Assembly (NCBI GenBank): GCA_035623825.1
Contig: DASPSR010000048.1
Coordinates: forward strand, 1 to 64,000
Origin: Nitrospirota bacterium
Lineage (GTDB): Bacteria > Nitrospirota > UBA9217
Length of the DNA stretch: 64,000 bases
Direction of reading: 5' to 3'
Shown: in pieces, positions 59,934 to 64,000 of the stretch
Layout of the letters: each line of letters opens with the position of its first letter
Position numbering within the stretch: position 1 is the first letter of the stretch
Translations under genes and position numbers: made by a program
Notes under the pieces: generated by a model
What the model saw: the letters and a program-made list of their open reading frames with translations, nothing else
Told to the model about the DNA's origin: nothing
Database searches by the model: none

Positions 59934-60833
59934 TCAGTGGCCATGCCGATCCTCGAGTTCGTCGATGGTCCGCGGCCAGTCCTCCTTCAATAACCGGGAC
60001 AACGCGCGATCGGCCAGGAATCTTCCACTGGTTTGACATCTCGCGCAGTAGTTGGCTTCGTTCGTCGCATACCGTATCCTCTGCACCGGGGTCCCGCATG
60101 TCGGACATGGTTGGCGAAAACGGCCATGGACCGCCATCCCTTTGCGAAAAGCGGTGACCTTTTCCGGGAATCCATCCCCCGTTTCGCGCCGCAGCCTGTC
60201 GATCCATTCAGTCAATGTTTCCCGCGCTGCACGATGCAGTCTCTCGATCTCACCTGGCGCGAGGCGCTGGGTCAGCACCACAGGCGACAGTCTCGCTCGG
60301 AACAGGATCTCGTCTGAATATGCATTGCCGATGCCGCTGAACAGATGGGGATCGGTCAAAGCACGTTTCACGGTGTGGTTCGTCCTCGTGAGCGCTGCGG
60401 CGAATGTTTCACGGCCGGCTCGAAGGACATCGATTCCGCCCTGGTCAAATGCGAGGAGATTTGCCTGACCGTGCACGATATGAAGCGAAGCCCGCTTCTT
60501 CGTTCCGGCTTCATTGAGCACCAGACTACCCCCCGTGAAGTCAAAGGACGCGAGGTCCCCCTTGCCGCGCAGAACGACGCCGGGCTCGCGCCAGTGCAGA
60601 CGTCCTGAGATCATCAGGTGAACGAGGAGCCAGAGATCGTCCTCAAGGCCGATGGCGATGCGCCTGCCGATGCGCCGGAGTTCAAGCACCTGCTTGCCCT
60701 CTACCGCCGAAACAGGGGGCTCCGCGGTACGGAGCAAAAAGGGATGCACAATGCGCAGCCCCTTGAGCAACCGGTTCATGATGCGCTTCTCGAGTGCTTC
60801 GATATAGACAACGATGTCTGGCAATTCCGGCAT
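59934..60833 (-). CDS. Fpg/Nei family DNA glycosylase
   Basis: MPELP N-terminus, HLMISG, GIGNAYSDE (H2TH), C4 zinc finger. Confidence 0.93.
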   Translation of the reverse strand: MPELPDIVVYIEALEKRIMNRLLKGLRIVHPFLLRTAEPPVSAVEGKQVLELRRIGRRIAIGLEDDLWLLVHLMISGRLHWREPGVVLRGKGDLASFDFTGGSLVLNEAGTKKRASLHIVHGQANLLAFDQGGIDVLRAGRETFAAALTRTNHTVKRALTDPHLFSGIGNAYSDEILFRARLSPVVLTQRLAPGEIERLHRAARETLTEWIDRLRRETGDGFPEKVTAFRKGMAVHGRFRQPCPTCGTPVQRIRYATNEANYCARCQTSGRFLADRALSRLLKEDWPRTIDELEDRHGH

Positions 60834-60999
60834 ATCAATCTCTCAATTGCAAGATGCGGAGAAATCTTCTCCGCTCATCAGTATACCAGTAAAAGCACGT
60901 GAGGGGCAACTCTGCCTTGGCCGACATTGTTCAGATTGCACCGCGAAGGGCAACATTACCGAAAGATAAGATGTGGGGATTTTTCTCTGCAATGGGGGG

Positions 61000-61027
61000 T
61001 TGACATTGTGATGCTCGGTGCTACCTT
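61000..61027 (+). promoter_or_regulatory. Putative sigma70 promoter of the 2-hydroxyacid dehydrogenase gene
   Basis: TTGACA-16-TACCTT with a TG extension. Confidence 0.45.
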
Positions 61028-61088
61028 TTAAACAGAGACTAAACACAATGGAACAGGGCCTAAGTATACCTGTAAGTGAGATGCAAAG

Positions 61089-62072
61089 ATGGATAGACAC
61101 CACCTTGTCGTGACCTACACCATTGGAGAGGCGAAGCGCGCGCTGCTCAAAGATATCTTTGACGAGGAGGTGAGGCTTACCTTTCTCGCCGACATGCCTT
61201 CCGGGCTGCGGGAACAGACGCTTGTCGAGGCAAGCGTGCTCTTGTCATGGAATCTGCCAAAGGAGCTGGGACCGGGCGAGTTCGGATTGCTTAAAAAAGT
61301 GCGCATGATTCAGCTCCTGTCCGCTGGCGTTGACCATGTGCCTTTTGTCCGACTGCCCCCGGGTATTGTCATCGCAAGCAATGCAGGGGCGTACGCGGAG
61401 CCCATGGCCGAGCATGTCCTCGCCATGACGCTGGCTCTGGCAAAAAACCTTTTTCGAGAACACCAAAATCTCGGACGGGGTGAGTTCAACCAGTCCAGAC
61501 TCAACCGTAGCCTGCGAGGCTGCGTCTGCGGGATCCTCGGGTTCGGAGGCATCGGCCGGGCCACGGCCCGTTTGATGCACGCCCTGGGAGCCCGGATCTA
61601 TGCGGTGAACACCAGCGGCAAGACCGACATCCCCCTGGAATTCATCGGCACGCTGAACGATCTTCAGCGGGTGCTCTCCGCGTCTGATGTAGTAGTCATT
61701 TCTCTGCCGCTTACAAAGACGACGCGCGGCCTGATCGGGAACCGCGAGCTCGGATGGATGAGACCAAATGCAATTCTTATAAATGTGGCGCGTGGCGACA
61801 TTATCGATGAAGGGGCGCTCTACGCCCATCTCACCACCCATCCTGATTTCAGGGCTGGAATAGACACCTGGTGGGTCGAGCCGTTCCGCTCCGATGAGTT
61901 CCGCACACATTATCCCTTTTTCACCCTGCCGAATGTCCTGGGTTCACCGCATAATTCAGCGATGGTCCCCGGCGTGACTGAAGAAGGCACTCGGCGGGCT
62001 GCCGATAATGTGAGGCGCTTTCTAAAAGGAGAACGCCTCGTCGGTGTGGTACGGCGGGAAGACTATGTATAG
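61089..62072 (+). CDS. D-isomer-specific 2-hydroxyacid dehydrogenase
   Basis: GFGGIG, INVARG, SPH motifs. Confidence 0.92.
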   Translation: MDRHHLVVTYTIGEAKRALLKDIFDEEVRLTFLADMPSGLREQTLVEASVLLSWNLPKELGPGEFGLLKKVRMIQLLSAGVDHVPFVRLPPGIVIASNAGAYAEPMAEHVLAMTLALAKNLFREHQNLGRGEFNQSRLNRSLRGCVCGILGFGGIGRATARLMHALGARIYAVNTSGKTDIPLEFIGTLNDLQRVLSASDVVVISLPLTKTTRGLIGNRELGWMRPNAILINVARGDIIDEGALYAHLTTHPDFRAGIDTWWVEPFRSDEFRTHYPFFTLPNVLGSPHNSAMVPGVTEEGTRRAADNVRRFLKGERLVGVVRREDYV

Positions 62073-62108
62073 GCCCCGCAAGAGGTCATTTCGCAGGGTT
62101 ATTCTCCT

Positions 62109-64000
62109 CTAAACTTTTCCTGAAGCCGGTGGAATTGTTCCGTTCCATGTCCACTCTCTAATCTCCGGCATATCTTGACCATACCTTCTTATGTACTCGC
62201 GGTGTTCGACGAGCTTATCGCGAATGGCCTGCTTGGTATAGGCGGCGATGCGCCCGAGTTTCGGCACGCGGTCAATCACGTCCGCCACCAAGTGGAAGCG
62301 GTCTAGGTCGTTGCGTACGACCATATCAAAGGGAGTGGTGGTCGTCCCCTCTTCTTTATACCCGCGGACGTGGAGATTTTTATGGTTCGTGCGCCTGTAG
62401 GTCAGACGATGGATCAGCCACGGGTAACCGTGATAGGCGAAGATGATCGGCTTATCGATCGTAAAGAGCGTGTCAAAATCCTTTGAGGATAGACCGTGGG
62501 GATGCTCTTCCCGAGGCTGCAGTGTCATCAGGTCAACAACGTTTACCACACGCATTTTCAGGTCAGGTGCATAGCGGCGGAGCAACTCGACAGCGGCAAG
62601 TGTTTCGACCGTAGGCACGTCCCCTGCGCATGCCATGACCACATCCGGCTCGCTCCCATCATCATTGCTCGCCCATTCCCAGATGCCTATCCCCGCGGAG
62701 CAGTGCTTGACGGCTGCCTCCATATCGAGCCACTGCGGTTGGGGCTGCTTGCCGGCCACGATCACATTTATATAGTTGCGGCTTCGAAGTCAGTGGTCCG
62801 TCACGGAGAGCAGCGAGTTTGCATCGGGCGGGAAGTAGACCCGGACTATATCAGCTTTTTTATTGACCACAATATCGATGAAACCCGGATCTTGGTGGCT
62901 GAATCCGTTGTGGTCCTGCCGCCAGACATGGGATGTCAACAGGTAATTGAGCGAGGCAATCGGCCTCCGCCAGGGAATTTCTCTGCTCGTTACCTTAAGC
63001 CATTTGGCGTGTTGATTGAACATTGAGTCGACGATGTGAATAAATGCTTCGTAACATGAGAAAAACCCATGCCTCCCCGTGAGGAGATATCCTTCAAGCC
63101 AGCCCTGGCAAGTATGCTCACTCAGAATCTCCATTACCCGGCCTGCGGGAGAGAGGTGCTCATCCTCGGGGATGGTCTCTGCCATCCATGCCCTATCCGT
63201 CACTTCAAATAGGGCATCGAGCCTATTTGAAGAGGTTTCATCAGCTCCCATCACCCGGAAATTTCTGTTGTTGAGCTTCATGATATCGCGTAAAAAAGAG
63301 CCCAGGATTCTGGTAGCCTCGGCCAAAACCCGGCCTGGCTGGGGCACGTCAACCTTATAATCCCGAAAGTCGGGCATCGTCAGTTCTTTCAGCAGGAGGC
63401 CACCGTTGGCATGGAGATTCGCGCTCATTCGGCGATTGCCCTGGGGAGCAAGGTCCGCAAGCTCCGGGAGCAGCTTCCCCCCCTCGTCAAAAAGTTCTTC
63501 CGGCTTATAGCTTTTCATCCACTCTTCGAGCAGTCTCATGTGTTCCGGCTTCGTTTCCATCTCGGCAAAAGGCACTTGGTGCGACCGCCAGAAGCCCTCT
63601 GTCTTCTTCCCATCTACTACCTTCGGCCCTGTCCAACCTTTGGGAGTTCGCAGGATGATCATGGGCCATTGGGGACGCGTCAAGATACCGCTCCCGCGGG
63701 CTTTTTTCTGGATCGACTGTATCTCGTCAATGGCCCTGTCCAGGGTTTCGGCCATGTTCCGGTGCATCGTCTCCGGGTCCGATCCCTCGACGAAGAAGGG
63801 CCGGTACCCGTAGCCGACGAACAGATCTTCCAATTCCTCATGGCTAATCCGCGCCAGGATAGTCGGATTCGCTATTTTGTAGCCGTTGAGGTGCAGGATG
63901 GGAAGCACGGCCCCGTCGTTTACCGGATTTAGAAATTTGTTCGAATGCCAAGCCGTGGCAAGGGGGCCGGTCTCAGCCTCGCCGTCACCGACTACGCAGG
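62109..64000 (-). CDS. xfp: Phosphoketolase (Xfp family), 5'-truncated by the window edge, with in-frame TGA at 62790-62792
   Basis: TPP motif GDGEAETG...[21 protein letters not shown]. The two listed ORFs share one frame, joined as [25 protein letters not shown]. Confidence 0.85.

Noticed and set aside
1-64000. Genome-wide UGA reassignment (genetic code 4 or 25) as the explanation for the in-frame TGAs
   Set aside because: Many genes end normally at TGA, including ATGA/GTGA overlaps (3145, 17245) and full-length gspC (19366) and vorB (48361), so any read-through must be site-specific.
1-64000. CRISPR arrays, tRNA/rRNA genes (including selC), transposases and prophage genes
   Set aside because: None was recognisable by eye. 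The only tandem repeats are short coding Pro-rich tracts. Sec machinery must lie outside this window if the Sec calls are right.

Overview
Gene-dense bacterial chromosomal window of moderately high GC content. Gene content and style suggest an anaerobic Nitrospirota or Desulfobacterota-like organism (inference only). Most of it is housekeeping: a MacAB-like ABC exporter, radA, a complete type II secretion operon (gspC-N), peptidoglycan-recycling genes (namZ plus a MurU-AmgK fusion), apt, a split fumarase, mdh, proS-ispG-rseP-dxr-cdsA-uppS, a GH57 glucanotransferase, an NtrX-like regulator, a cysteine desulfurase, cysK, vorB with ferredoxin, recN, sppA, an Omp85 protein, fpg and a phosphoketolase. 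The main hidden signal is three in-frame TGA codons that the ORF track treats as stops. (1) A membrane-anchored multiheme cytochrome c of at least about 640 aa reads through TGA 1293-1295, which is followed by a SECIS-like hairpin. (2) An uncalled 81-aa NifU/Nfu-domain gene (30503-30748) has a CxxU motif and a SECIS-like hairpin. (3) A phosphoketolase has TGA exactly at the family's DH-C-LRS cysteine but no good SECIS. A NifS-type enzyme with a selenocysteine-lyase-like GAACH motif is also present. Other uncalled features are a 42-aa (D/E)RR-repeat peptide resembling c-di-GMP-binding arginine-rich regions and several apparently leaderless promoters. No rRNA, tRNA, CRISPR array or intact mobile element was seen.
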